Position numbers and translations under genes: made by a program
The notes under the pieces: generated by a model
What the model saw: only the letters and a program-made list of their open reading frames with translations
The model's database searches: none
What the model was told of the DNA's origin: nothing
In this document: positions 17,459 to 27,157 of the stretch, piece by piece
How the letters are laid out: every line of letters starts with the position of its first letter
Position numbering within the stretch: the first letter of the stretch is position 1
NCBI GenBank assembly: GCA_964471115.1
Contig: CAYYFE010000015.1
Span: 13,818-77,817, forward strand
DNA length: 64,000 bases
From: an uncultured Solibacteraceae bacterium
GTDB lineage: Bacteria; Acidobacteriota; Vicinamibacteria; Vicinamibacterales; SCN-69-37
Reading direction: 5' to 3'

Positions 17459-18435
17459 TGAATAATCCGGATAAGGCCATGTCGCACTACTACAGCCAGC
17501 ACGCGACGGCGTTACGGGCCGAACTGGGCCGCGCGATCACGCGCGAAGAGATGCGGGTGCTGCACACCAAACATCCGTGGCGCCACTTCGTGGTCGCCGC
17601 GCGGCAGTTCCTGATCCTGGCGCTGACCACGTGGGCGCTGATCCGGTTCGAGGCGTGGTACGTCTGGCTGCCGCTGGCCGTCGTCCAGGGCTTCACGGTG
17701 TTCAACTTCACGGTGCTGCTGCACGAAGTGCTGCACCACCTGGTGTTCAACAAGCCGCACAAGCGCATCGAACGCGCGCTGGGTTTCCTGTACGCGATCC
17801 CCAGCGGCATCTCCCCGTCGCAGTTCACGCGGTGGCATCTCGATCATCACGCCGAGCTCGGGTCCGATACCGACGACCCCAAGCGGCACCATCTCTCACC
17901 GAAGCGGAACGCCCGCTGGTACAAGCTGCTGTACGCCACGCCGGCGTTGTTTCCGATCTACTTCCGGGCGGCGCGCCTCGAGTCGTCGACCTACCCGGAG
18001 GCCCTGCAGCGCCGCATCGGGTGGGAGCGCCGCGCCGCGATCCTGTTTCACCTGAGTGTGCTGGGCGGTCTGTGGTGGGCCTTCGGCGGCGCCGCGGCGT
18101 TTCGCGCCCACGCGTTTCCGGTGTTCTTCATCTTCCCGATCGCCTTCACGCTGAACCGCCTGGGCCAGCACTACGACATTGACCCGAGCGACCCGGCCAA
18201 GTGGGGCACACTCATGCGCAGCCACTGGTTCTGGAACTTCGCGTTCCTCACCTCGAACCTCCACCTGGAGCACCACTACTTTCCAGGCGTGCCGTTTTAC
18301 CACCTGCCCGCATTGCAGCGCGCGCTCGGCCCCTTCTACGCCCGAAAAGGGATGCGGTGGCAGACCTATCGCGGCCTGTTGTACGGCTGGATCATCCAGA
18401 ACAAGCGACCGCACTCGAACTGGTCACTGGTCTGA
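17446..18435 (+). CDS. membrane fatty-acid desaturase family protein
   Basis: Three His boxes: HEVLHH, HLDHHAELG, HLEHHYFPGVPFYHLP. Start ambiguous (17446, 17455 or MSHYY at 17479). Confidence 0.85.
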   Translation: MSFMVNNPDKAMSHYYSQHATALRAELGRAITREEMRVLHTKHPWRHFVVAARQFLILALTTWALIRFEAWYVWLPLAVVQGFTVFNFTVLLHEVLHHLVFNKPHKRIERALGFLYAIPSGISPSQFTRWHLDHHAELGSDTDDPKRHHLSPKRNARWYKLLYATPALFPIYFRAARLESSTYPEALQRRIGWERRAAILFHLSVLGGLWWAFGGAAAFRAHAFPVFFIFPIAFTLNRLGQHYDIDPSDPAKWGTLMRSHWFWNFAFLTSNLHLEHHYFPGVPFYHLPALQRALGPFYARKGMRWQTYRGLLYGWIIQNKRPHSNWSLV

Positions 18436-18510
18436 TTCACGCCCGGCACGAAGGGCAAAGATGAACGCGAGAGAACAGACCATGACAAAACCGACCACGG
18501 TCGTCAACAT
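18424..18510 (-). CDS. possible 28-aa single-TM peptide (too short for the ORF track)
   Basis: My own translation of the minus strand: gaaAGGAAGacagaccATG then MLTTVVGFVMVCSLAFIFALRAGRESDQ*. It starts 41 nt downstream of the RHH gene stop. Low-GC codons match the local islet. It overlaps the desaturase 3' end by 12 nt. Confidence 0.3.
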   Translation of the reverse strand: MLTTVVGFVMVCSLAFIFALRAGRESDQ

Positions 18511-18551
18511 GGTCTGTCTTCCTTTCTGACAAGGCTCGCTGGCATCATCAC

Positions 18552-18755
18552 CTACGCCGGATAAGACTTCTTTGTTTCCAGAAAAGCCGGGTCCACCAGC
18601 CGGGGCAGGACCAGCGGACGATGCCGCAGCCGCTCGGCCTTGATCAGCCGGCGAATCACCCCGGAGACGGAATCCCTGGTGACCTGGGCCTCCTCGCGCA
18701 GCAGACGATAGTCACTCTCAGTAATCCACACGTGAATCTGGCGGTGCTGAAACAT
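18552..18755 (-). CDS. ribbon-helix-helix (CopG/Arc-like) small DNA-binding protein
   Basis: IHVWITESDYRLLREEAQVTRDSVSGVIRRLI fits a beta-strand/helix/helix RHH pattern. Strong SD (GGAGGAGG) 8 nt upstream of the ATG. Visibly lower GC than the flanks. Confidence 0.6.
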   Translation of the reverse strand: MFQHRQIHVWITESDYRLLREEAQVTRDSVSGVIRRLIKAERLRHRPLVLPRLVDPAFLETKKSYPA

Positions 18756-18783
18756 TGGCCCGTCCTCCTCCGCGCCTCGGACA

Positions 18784-18801
18784 TAGCAAGAGCGGTGCCA
18801 G
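18784..18801 (-). promoter_or_regulatory. sigma-54 (-24/-12) promoter
   Basis: Minus strand reads cTGGCAC-CGCTC-TTGCTa, matching TGGCAC-N5-TTGCW. It lies 30 nt upstream of the RHH gene ATG. Confidence 0.55.
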
Positions 18802-18860
18802 CGCTTGAGGCTGCCGCACAGAGTCTTGAAGTGATTGTGAGTGGTGAGTGGATGGGCCTG

Positions 18861-18911
18861 TGGGTCACTTGTGACCCGGCGATAACTCCCGTGTGGGTCA
18901 GTTCTGACCCA
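18861..18911. promoter_or_regulatory. two copies of the palindrome TGGGTCA-N4-TGACCC(A), candidate enhancer (UAS) sites
   Basis: 18861-18878 TGGGTCActtgTGACCCg and 18894-18911 TGGGTCAgttcTGACCCA. Centres are 33 bp apart, roughly 95 and 130 bp upstream of the predicted sigma-54 start site. The second copy also lies 12 nt past the GT87 gene stop. Confidence 0.45.
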
Positions 18912-18923
18912 CGCAGACCGCCT

Positions 18924-20066
18924 TCAGGCCAGCTTGCTCAGGCGAATCTGCGCCAGCGTAAAGACCAGTGTGAGCGCGCAGACCGACACGATGGACCACG
19001 CCATGAATTGCTGGTACGCGGTGCGTCCCATCAGGTCGAAAAGTGACAGGCCCATGACCATCAGCGCTGCGCCGGAAGCCCAGCGCCAACCGGTGCCCAG
19101 TTCGCGCCAGCGGTCGATGATCAGGACCACGGCCGGCGTGCCCAGCAGCAGCACGTAGTCCCAACCCTGCGGTGAAATCAGAGGAATGAGCAGCAGGAGC
19201 AGGGCAAACTCGAGGTAGTCGGGGTCGCTCACCGTGGGCCGGCGCCGCCAGGTGGCCGCCGCCACGGCCAGCAGCAGTCCGACCGTGAGGGTGGCCAGGG
19301 CCGCGGCCGTCGTGCCCGGGCCCAGCCACTTCGCCCACATCGCCGCCATCGAGATGTTGTCGGCGCCGAGCAGGTTGGGCGCGGTCGACGACGACACGAT
19401 GTGCCACCAGCCCTGGAGCTGATCGAGGTTGCCGGCCCAGCCATACAGGATCAGCGGCAGCAGGAGCCCCCCTGCGATGACGGCCGCACCCACCACGCCG
19501 GCGGCCACGCCGTACGACGCCGCCAGCCACGGCAGCAGGATGAGCGCGTACGGCTTGACGAACACCGCCAGCCCGATGCTGACGGCCGCCAGCCTGGGGG
19601 CGTCCAGCTGCAACGCGCCGAGACCGGCGACCAGCAGGACACCCAGGAGCAGGTTGGACTGGCCCAGCGTCAGCTCGTGGGCGTAGAACTTCGCCATCAG
19701 GACGAGCGTCAGCACGATGATCGTGCGGTCCGACCAGCGGCGCGCCGGCAGCGCCACGACCGACCAGCGCAGCAGGATGACCAGGCACGCGCACGACAGG
19801 GCGAACCAGCCGACGCGCGCGGCGTCGCGGCCGAGGATGGCCCACGGGGCCATCGCCACGGCGAATGCCGGCATGTACTTGAACGTATAGTGGCCGTCCG
19901 CCTCCTGGTACAGGGGTTGGGCGGCGAGGGCTCGGTGGCCGGCGGTGCGATACACCTCGAAGTCGACCATCTCCTGGCTGACCCGCAGGTTGTAGATCGT
20001 CAGCGCCAGGGCGATCAGGGCGACCGGAAGGATCAGCGCACGCAGGTGGGCCGGCAGTCGGGCCAT
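18924..20066 (-). CDS. GT87/DUF2029-like polyprenol-phosphate-dependent membrane glycosyltransferase
   Basis: EMVDFEVYRTAGHRAL...GHYTFKYMPAFAVAMAPW near the N-terminus, then about 10 TM segments. Confidence 0.7.
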   Translation of the reverse strand: MARLPAHLRALILPVALIALALTIYNLRVSQEMVDFEVYRTAGHRALAAQPLYQEADGHYTFKYMPAFAVAMAPWAILGRDAARVGWFALSCACLVILLRWSVVALPARRWSDRTIIVLTLVLMAKFYAHELTLGQSNLLLGVLLVAGLGALQLDAPRLAAVSIGLAVFVKPYALILLPWLAASYGVAAGVVGAAVIAGGLLLPLILYGWAGNLDQLQGWWHIVSSSTAPNLLGADNISMAAMWAKWLGPGTTAAALATLTVGLLLAVAAATWRRRPTVSDPDYLEFALLLLLIPLISPQGWDYVLLLGTPAVVLIIDRWRELGTGWRWASGAALMVMGLSLFDLMGRTAYQQFMAWSIVSVCALTLVFTLAQIRLSKLA

Positions 20067-20097
20067 GTCGGTGTGCCGTGGTTAGACACCACGCCCG

Positions 20098-21957
<1,860 letters not shown>

Positions 21958-21966
21958 TCATGCGCG

Positions 21967-23421
21967 ATGCGGGGTTGTCTCAAGTGGGTTCCGCTGCTGG
22001 TGGGGGTGGCGACGTGCCTGGCGTGGGCGGCGCCGGCGCGCGCGCAGCGGGGCGCCACCGGGCCGGTGGCCGATCTGAACGCCCAGGCGAAGGCCCTGCA
22101 CGAGTCGGATCCGGCCCGTTCCCTCGAACTCGCCCGGCAGGCCCTGGCGGCGGCCCAGGCGGCCGGCGACGTCCGGGGCCAGGCCGAGGCCCTCAATTAC
22201 GTCTCGTACGGCTACCGGCAGCAAAGTCTGCTCGACCTGGCGCGTGAACACGGGCTGGAATCGGAGCGGCTGGCCGCGCAGGCCGGCGACCCCTACGGCG
22301 AATCCCAGGCCTACAACACGCTGGGCCTGATCGAAGCCGATGACGGCCGGTTTCCCGAGGCGCTGGAGTACCACCTCAAGGCGCTGGCCATCCGCCAGCA
22401 GACCGGCGACAAGGAAGGGTTGTCGTACACCTACAACAACCTGGGGAACGCCTACCGCAACATGGGGGACTATCCCCGCGCGCTCGACTACCACCAGCGC
22501 GGCCTGGCGCTGAAGATCGAACTGGGCAACCGCGAAAGCGAGGCCTACTCCCATCACAACATCGGCCTGGTGTATTTCGCGATGAAGGATTTCCCGCAGG
22601 CCCTGGCGGCGTACCGGCGGGGACTGGCGATTCGCGAGGCGCTGGGCGACACACGCGGCATGGCGGTGTCGCTCAACGGCATCGGCTCGGTCGAGGCGCA
22701 GACCGACCCGGTCGCCGCGCTGCGGACCTACGAGCGCGCGCTGGGGATGCGCCGGCAGGTGGGGGATGAACGCGGGGAGATGGCCACGCACCTGAACATG
22801 GGCGATGTCCATCGCCGGCTCGGCCGTCCGGGCGAGGCGATTGCCGCGTACGGCCGCGCGCTGGCGATTGGCGGCCGCATCGACGCGCCGCTGATGCGCT
22901 CCAACGCGCTCAAGGGGTTGGCCGAGGCCGAGGCCCAGCGCGGGGACTACCGCGCCGCCTACGAACATCAGCTGGAACACCAGCAGGTGCGCGACGAGAT
23001 GTTCAACCAGGAGAACGCTGCGCGGCTGGCGCGCCTCCAGGTGACCCACGAGACGCAGCAGCAACAGCGGCAGATTCAGCTGCAGGACGCCGAACTCGCG
23101 CGCGTCCGCACCACGCGCACCGCGCTGATCGTCATCGTGGCGCTCGTGATCCTGAGCCTCGTGCTGGTGCTGGCGCGTTTCCGCCTCAAGCAGCAGTCCG
23201 AGGCGCGGCTGCAGGTCCAGGCCGACGCCCTGCGTGAGGCGCTCGACAAGGTCCAGACCCTCAAGGGCCTCTTGCCGATCTGCGCGTCGTGCAAGAAAAT
23301 CCGGGACGACAACGGCTATTGGACGCAGGTGGAACAGTACGTCTCGGCGCACAGCGCCGCCGAGTTCACGCATTCCATCTGCCCGACGTGTTTTGACGGG
23401 CTGTATACGGAGCGCACGTGA
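21967..23421 (+). CDS. TPR-repeat transmembrane sensor with C-terminal four-Cys module
   Basis: Signal peptide MRGCLKWVPLLVGVATCLAWAAPARAQ. About 8 TPR units (repeated AxxYxNLGxxY-type motifs). TM TALIVIVALVILSLVLVLARF. C-terminal LLPICASCKKIRDDNGYWTQVEQYVSAHSAAEFTHSICPTC. Confidence 0.7.
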   Translation: MRGCLKWVPLLVGVATCLAWAAPARAQRGATGPVADLNAQAKALHESDPARSLELARQALAAAQAAGDVRGQAEALNYVSYGYRQQSLLDLAREHGLESERLAAQAGDPYGESQAYNTLGLIEADDGRFPEALEYHLKALAIRQQTGDKEGLSYTYNNLGNAYRNMGDYPRALDYHQRGLALKIELGNRESEAYSHHNIGLVYFAMKDFPQALAAYRRGLAIREALGDTRGMAVSLNGIGSVEAQTDPVAALRTYERALGMRRQVGDERGEMATHLNMGDVHRRLGRPGEAIAAYGRALAIGGRIDAPLMRSNALKGLAEAEAQRGDYRAAYEHQLEHQQVRDEMFNQENAARLARLQVTHETQQQQRQIQLQDAELARVRTTRTALIVIVALVILSLVLVLARFRLKQQSEARLQVQADALREALDKVQTLKGLLPICASCKKIRDDNGYWTQVEQYVSAHSAAEFTHSICPTCFDGLYTERT

Positions 23422-23900
23422 CGATGCACGATGAGGAGTCTCAGGAGCCACGCCGGGCGTTCCTCGCCCGGCTGGTGATGGGCGCCGCCGGCCTGGTGGG
23501 CGCGGCCATCGCCGGCCTGGCCGGCGCGGTCGCCACCCCCCGCGCGCGCGCCGCGGCCGCCCGCTGGCGTCCGGCCGCCTCGATGTTCGACCTGCCGCCC
23601 ACCGGCCCGTTCGTCGCCACCATCGCCGAGCGTCATGCCGACGGCTGGCACGAGACCCGCAAGGAAACCGTCGTGTTCATCGACAAGATGGGCGACGACT
23701 ACGTGGCGATGTCCGCCACGTGTACGCACCTGGGCTGCCGTGTGGCGTGGGACGCCGCCGCCACGCAGTACAAATGTCCGTGCCACGGCGGCGTGTTCAA
23801 CCGTGAAGGGCAGGTGGTGGCCGGCCCGCCGCCCGAAGGGTTGCGGCGCGTGCCCGTCAGGCTCAACCCCGAGACCGCGAACATCGAGGTCGAGATCTGA
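23418..23900 (+). CDS. Rieske [2Fe-2S] subunit of a cytochrome bc-type complex (Tat signal)
   Basis: RRAFLARLVMGAAGL twin-arginine leader. CTHLGCRV...CPCHGGVF cluster-binding boxes. Confidence 0.85.
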   Translation: MTMHDEESQEPRRAFLARLVMGAAGLVGAAIAGLAGAVATPRARAAAARWRPAASMFDLPPTGPFVATIAERHADGWHETRKETVVFIDKMGDDYVAMSATCTHLGCRVAWDAAATQYKCPCHGGVFNREGQVVAGPPPEGLRRVPVRLNPETANIEVEI

Positions 23901-25465
23901 TGCGCGGGGTGTTCGACTGGCTCGACCACCGTACGGGATTCCGCGCGCTGCGTCACCATCTGCTCGACGAGCGCCTGCCGGCCGGCACCGGCTGGTGGTT
24001 CACCTTCGGCAGCCTGCTGCTGTTCGGGCTGACGCTGCAGGTGGTCACCGGCACGCTGCTCGCGCTCTTCTACGCGCCGACGCCCGATCACGCCTGGGAC
24101 AGCGTGCGGTACATCACGACGGAGGTGCGCGGCGGCCACCTGCTGCGCGGCCTGCACCACTGGGGCGCCAGTCTCGTGGTGGTCACCGCGGTCCTGCACC
24201 TGATTCGTGTGGTCTTCTTCGGGTCGTACAAGGCGCCGCGTGAACTCAACTGGATCGTCGGGCTGGTCCTGCTGCACGTGATCCTCGCGTTCGGCCTCAC
24301 GGGCTACCTGCTGCCGTGGGACCAGCGCGCGTACTGGGCGACGGTCGTCACGATCAACATGGCCAAGCTGGCGCCCGGCGCCGGCGAGTTCATCGCCGAT
24401 CTGCTGCGCGGCGGCCCCGACATCGGCGCGCTGACGTTGACACGCTGGTACGCCGTGCACGTGCTCGTGTTGCCGCCGGTGTTGTTCGGGCTGATTGGCC
24501 TGCACCTCTACCTCATGCGCCGCCATGGGATCTCCGGGCCCATCCGGCCGCGGCCGGGGCCCACGCAGACGTTTTTCCCCTATCAGGCCGGGCGGGATCT
24601 GACCGTCGCCGTCGTCGTGGGCATCGGCCTGGCGTGGATGGCCTGGCAGGGCGCCCCGCCGCTCGAGCCGCCGGCCGACCCGACGTCGAGTGATTACATT
24701 CCCCGGCCGGAGTGGTATTTCCTGGGCCTCTTCCAGTTGTTGAAGTATTTCCCCGGCCGGCTCGAGATCGTCGGCGCCATCATCATCCCCGGCGTCGTCA
24801 TGACGCTGCTGGCGCTGCTGCCGTGGATCGATCGCGCGCAGTCGCGCGGCCTCCGTGAACGGCGTGTGGTGCTGGGGGTGTTCGCCGCCGGGCTGGCGAC
24901 CATCACGACGCTGACCGTCCTGGGCGCCATGGACAAGCCGCCGTTGAGCGGCACGGCGTGGAACGTGCGCGAGCAGGCCGGCGCCGTGTTGCTGCAGTCC
25001 GGCTCGTGCAGCACCTGTCACAACCCCGACGGGATCGTCGCGCCCATCAACCCGGTGCGCGTGTCACGGCCCCGGGACTGGGTGGCGTCTCATCTCGTGG
25101 ATCCCGAGATGATCGCGCCCGGCCTGCGGCCCGCGCCGGCGGCAATCGACCAGCACGACCAGGCGGCGATCCTCGCGGCCCTCGCGCGTGGCCGCGTGGG
25201 GACGGCGTTGCCCGCCGTGGATGAGGACGGCCGGATGGCCGTGCAGTTCAACCGGCACTGTCTGCGGTGCCACGTGCTCGGCGCCGTCGGCGGCACCGAG
25301 GGCCCTGAGTTGACCGCCATCGGTCTCGAATTCGACGAGGCCCGGCTGATCCGGCAGATCACCGATCCCCGGTCGCTCAAGGCTGATGGGGACATGCCGC
25401 CGTTTGCCGACAAACTGACCACCGACGAGATCGCCGCGCTGGCGCGTTGGCTGATGCGGCAGTAA
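23900..25465 (+). CDS. cytochrome b (b6 + subunit IV-like) fused to a dihaem cytochrome c domain
   Basis: Cytochrome b N-terminal region WWFTFGSLLLFGLTLQVVTG...RGLHHWGASLVVVTAVLHLIRV...GYLLPWDQRAYWA. Two CxxCH motifs lie in the C-terminal third (CSTCH, CLRCH). TGATG overlap with the Rieske gene. Confidence 0.85.
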   Translation: MRGVFDWLDHRTGFRALRHHLLDERLPAGTGWWFTFGSLLLFGLTLQVVTGTLLALFYAPTPDHAWDSVRYITTEVRGGHLLRGLHHWGASLVVVTAVLHLIRVVFFGSYKAPRELNWIVGLVLLHVILAFGLTGYLLPWDQRAYWATVVTINMAKLAPGAGEFIADLLRGGPDIGALTLTRWYAVHVLVLPPVLFGLIGLHLYLMRRHGISGPIRPRPGPTQTFFPYQAGRDLTVAVVVGIGLAWMAWQGAPPLEPPADPTSSDYIPRPEWYFLGLFQLLKYFPGRLEIVGAIIIPGVVMTLLALLPWIDRAQSRGLRERRVVLGVFAAGLATITTLTVLGAMDKPPLSGTAWNVREQAGAVLLQSGSCSTCHNPDGIVAPINPVRVSRPRDWVASHLVDPEMIAPGLRPAPAAIDQHDQAAILAALARGRVGTALPAVDEDGRMAVQFNRHCLRCHVLGAVGGTEGPELTAIGLEFDEARLIRQITDPRSLKADGDMPPFADKLTTDEIAALARWLMRQ

Positions 25466-25504
25466 CGCAGCGCGGCTGGGCCGGCCGGCCGCGGAGGGAC
25501 GACG

Positions 25505-27082
25505 ATGACCGCCACCACCTTCAGTCTCGCCCACCTGCTGGACCAGACCGCGCGACTCACCCCGTCACGCGAAGCCGTCGTGATGGGGCAGACGCGCCTG
25601 ACCTGGGCGCAGCTGGACGCCATGGTGAGTCAGGTCGCCAACGGCCTCCGCAGCCTGGGGCTGCGCCCCGGGGATCACATCGCGTTGTCGTGCCCCAACG
25701 TGCCGTATTTCCCGATGGCGTATTACGGCATCCTCCGGATGGGCGGCGTGGTGGTGCCCCTCAACGTGTTGCTCAAGCCGCGCGAGATTGCGTACCACCT
25801 CAAGGACGCGCAGGCCAGGGCGCTGCTGGTGTTTGAAGGCACGGCGGAACTGCCGATGGCGACGATGGCGCGGGCCGCCTGTGACGAGGCCGGCCTGTCG
25901 ATGCCGGTGATCGTGATGACCGCCAATCCCGCGGCGCCCAGTCCGGTCGACCGCGCGCTGTCGTTTGGCCAGCTCGTCCACGGACAAGCCCCGCGGTGCG
26001 CCACCCATCCGGCCGCACCCGGCGACACGGCGGTCATTCTCTACACCTCCGGGACGACCGGACAGCCCAAGGGCGCCGAACTGACGCACTTCAACATGGT
26101 GACCAACGCGCTGGTGTCGCGCGACATGTTGTCGCCGCTGGTCGACAGCCCGATCGCCGGCACCACCCGCCACCTGATCACGCTGCCGTTGTTCCACTCG
26201 ACCGGGCAGACCGCGCAGATGAACGCCAGCGTGGCTGGCGCCTCCACGATGGTACTGATGCCTCGGTTCGAGGCGGCGGGCGTGCTCAAGACGATGGTCG
26301 ACGAGCGGATTACGTGCTGGGTGGGCGTGCCCACGATGTACTGGGCGCTGCTTCAGCATGCGCGCCAGCACGGCGTCGACACGTCGGCCATCGCGGCGCG
26401 GCTGCGCGTCTGTGCGTCGGGCGGCGCGCCGATGCCGGTCGCCGTGTTGCAGGATTTCGAGCAGACCTTCGGGGTGCGCGTGCTCGAGGGGTACGGCCTG
26501 TCCGAGACGGCGCCGGTCGCCTGTTTCAACCAGGTGTTCCTGCCGTCCAAACCCGGCACCGTCGGCTTGCCCGTCCTCGGCTGCGAGGTGCGCGTCGTCA
26601 ACGATCAGGACGAACCGCTGCCCTCCGGTGAACGCGGCGAAATCGTCATCCGCGGCCACAACGTGATGAAGGGGTACTTCAACCGCCCGGCCGACACGGC
26701 CGAGGCGCTGCGGGGCGGGTGGTTCCACACCGGCGACATCGGCGTCATCGATGCCGATGGCTTCGTGTCGATTGTCGATCGCAAGAAGGACATGGTGCTG
26801 CGCGGCGGCATGAACGTGTATCCACGCGAGATCGAGGACGTGTTGATGACGCACCCGGCGGTGTCGCTGGCGGCCGTCATCGGCGTGCCCGACGAACGCC
26901 TGGGCGAAGAAGTGAAGGCGTATGTCGTGCTCAAGCCGGGCGCGACGCTGACGCCCGAGGCACTGGTGGACTGGAGCCGCGAACAACTGGCCGCCTACAA
27001 GTACCCCCGGATCGTCGAGATTCGGGAGTCGCTGCCGGTCGGGCCCACCGGCAAGGTGTTCAAGCGGGCGTTGCGCGAGTAG
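25505..27082 (+). CDS. long-chain fatty-acid--CoA ligase (AMP-dependent synthetase)
   Basis: AMP-binding motif ILYTSGTTGQPKGAELTH, with WFHTGDIG...DRKKDMVLRGGMNVYPREIE later. Confidence 0.9.
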   Translation: MTATTFSLAHLLDQTARLTPSREAVVMGQTRLTWAQLDAMVSQVANGLRSLGLRPGDHIALSCPNVPYFPMAYYGILRMGGVVVPLNVLLKPREIAYHLKDAQARALLVFEGTAELPMATMARAACDEAGLSMPVIVMTANPAAPSPVDRALSFGQLVHGQAPRCATHPAAPGDTAVILYTSGTTGQPKGAELTHFNMVTNALVSRDMLSPLVDSPIAGTTRHLITLPLFHSTGQTAQMNASVAGASTMVLMPRFEAAGVLKTMVDERITCWVGVPTMYWALLQHARQHGVDTSAIAARLRVCASGGAPMPVAVLQDFEQTFGVRVLEGYGLSETAPVACFNQVFLPSKPGTVGLPVLGCEVRVVNDQDEPLPSGERGEIVIRGHNVMKGYFNRPADTAEALRGGWFHTGDIGVIDADGFVSIVDRKKDMVLRGGMNVYPREIEDVLMTHPAVSLAAVIGVPDERLGEEVKAYVVLKPGATLTPEALVDWSREQLAAYKYPRIVEIRESLPVGPTGKVFKRALRE

Positions 27083-27153
27083 CGGCGAGTGGCGGCGAGT
27101 GGCGGCGAGTGGCGGTGAGTAGCGGTGAGTAGCGGCGAGTAGCGGGGAGTGGA
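27075..27153 (+). repeat. tandem decamer array, about 8 units (GCGAGTRGCG)
   Basis: gcgagtagcg gcgagtggcg gcgagtggcg gcgagtggcg gtgagtagcg gtgagtagcg gcgagtagcg gggagtgg. It spans the ligase stop codon and the whole spacer up to the HD gene. Confidence 0.9.
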
Positions 27154-27157
27154 CATC

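Noticed and set aside
18552-18755. The RHH protein as the antitoxin of a classical type II toxin-antitoxin pair
   Set aside because: No PIN, RelE/ParE, MazF, HicA or similar toxin-sized ORF is adjacent on either side. Only a speculative 28-aa peptide follows.
18436-18923. The low-GC islet as a mobile-element remnant
   Set aside because: I could find no integrase or transposase gene, no flanking direct repeats and no tRNA target. The lower GC is noted, but a mobile origin cannot be supported from this window.
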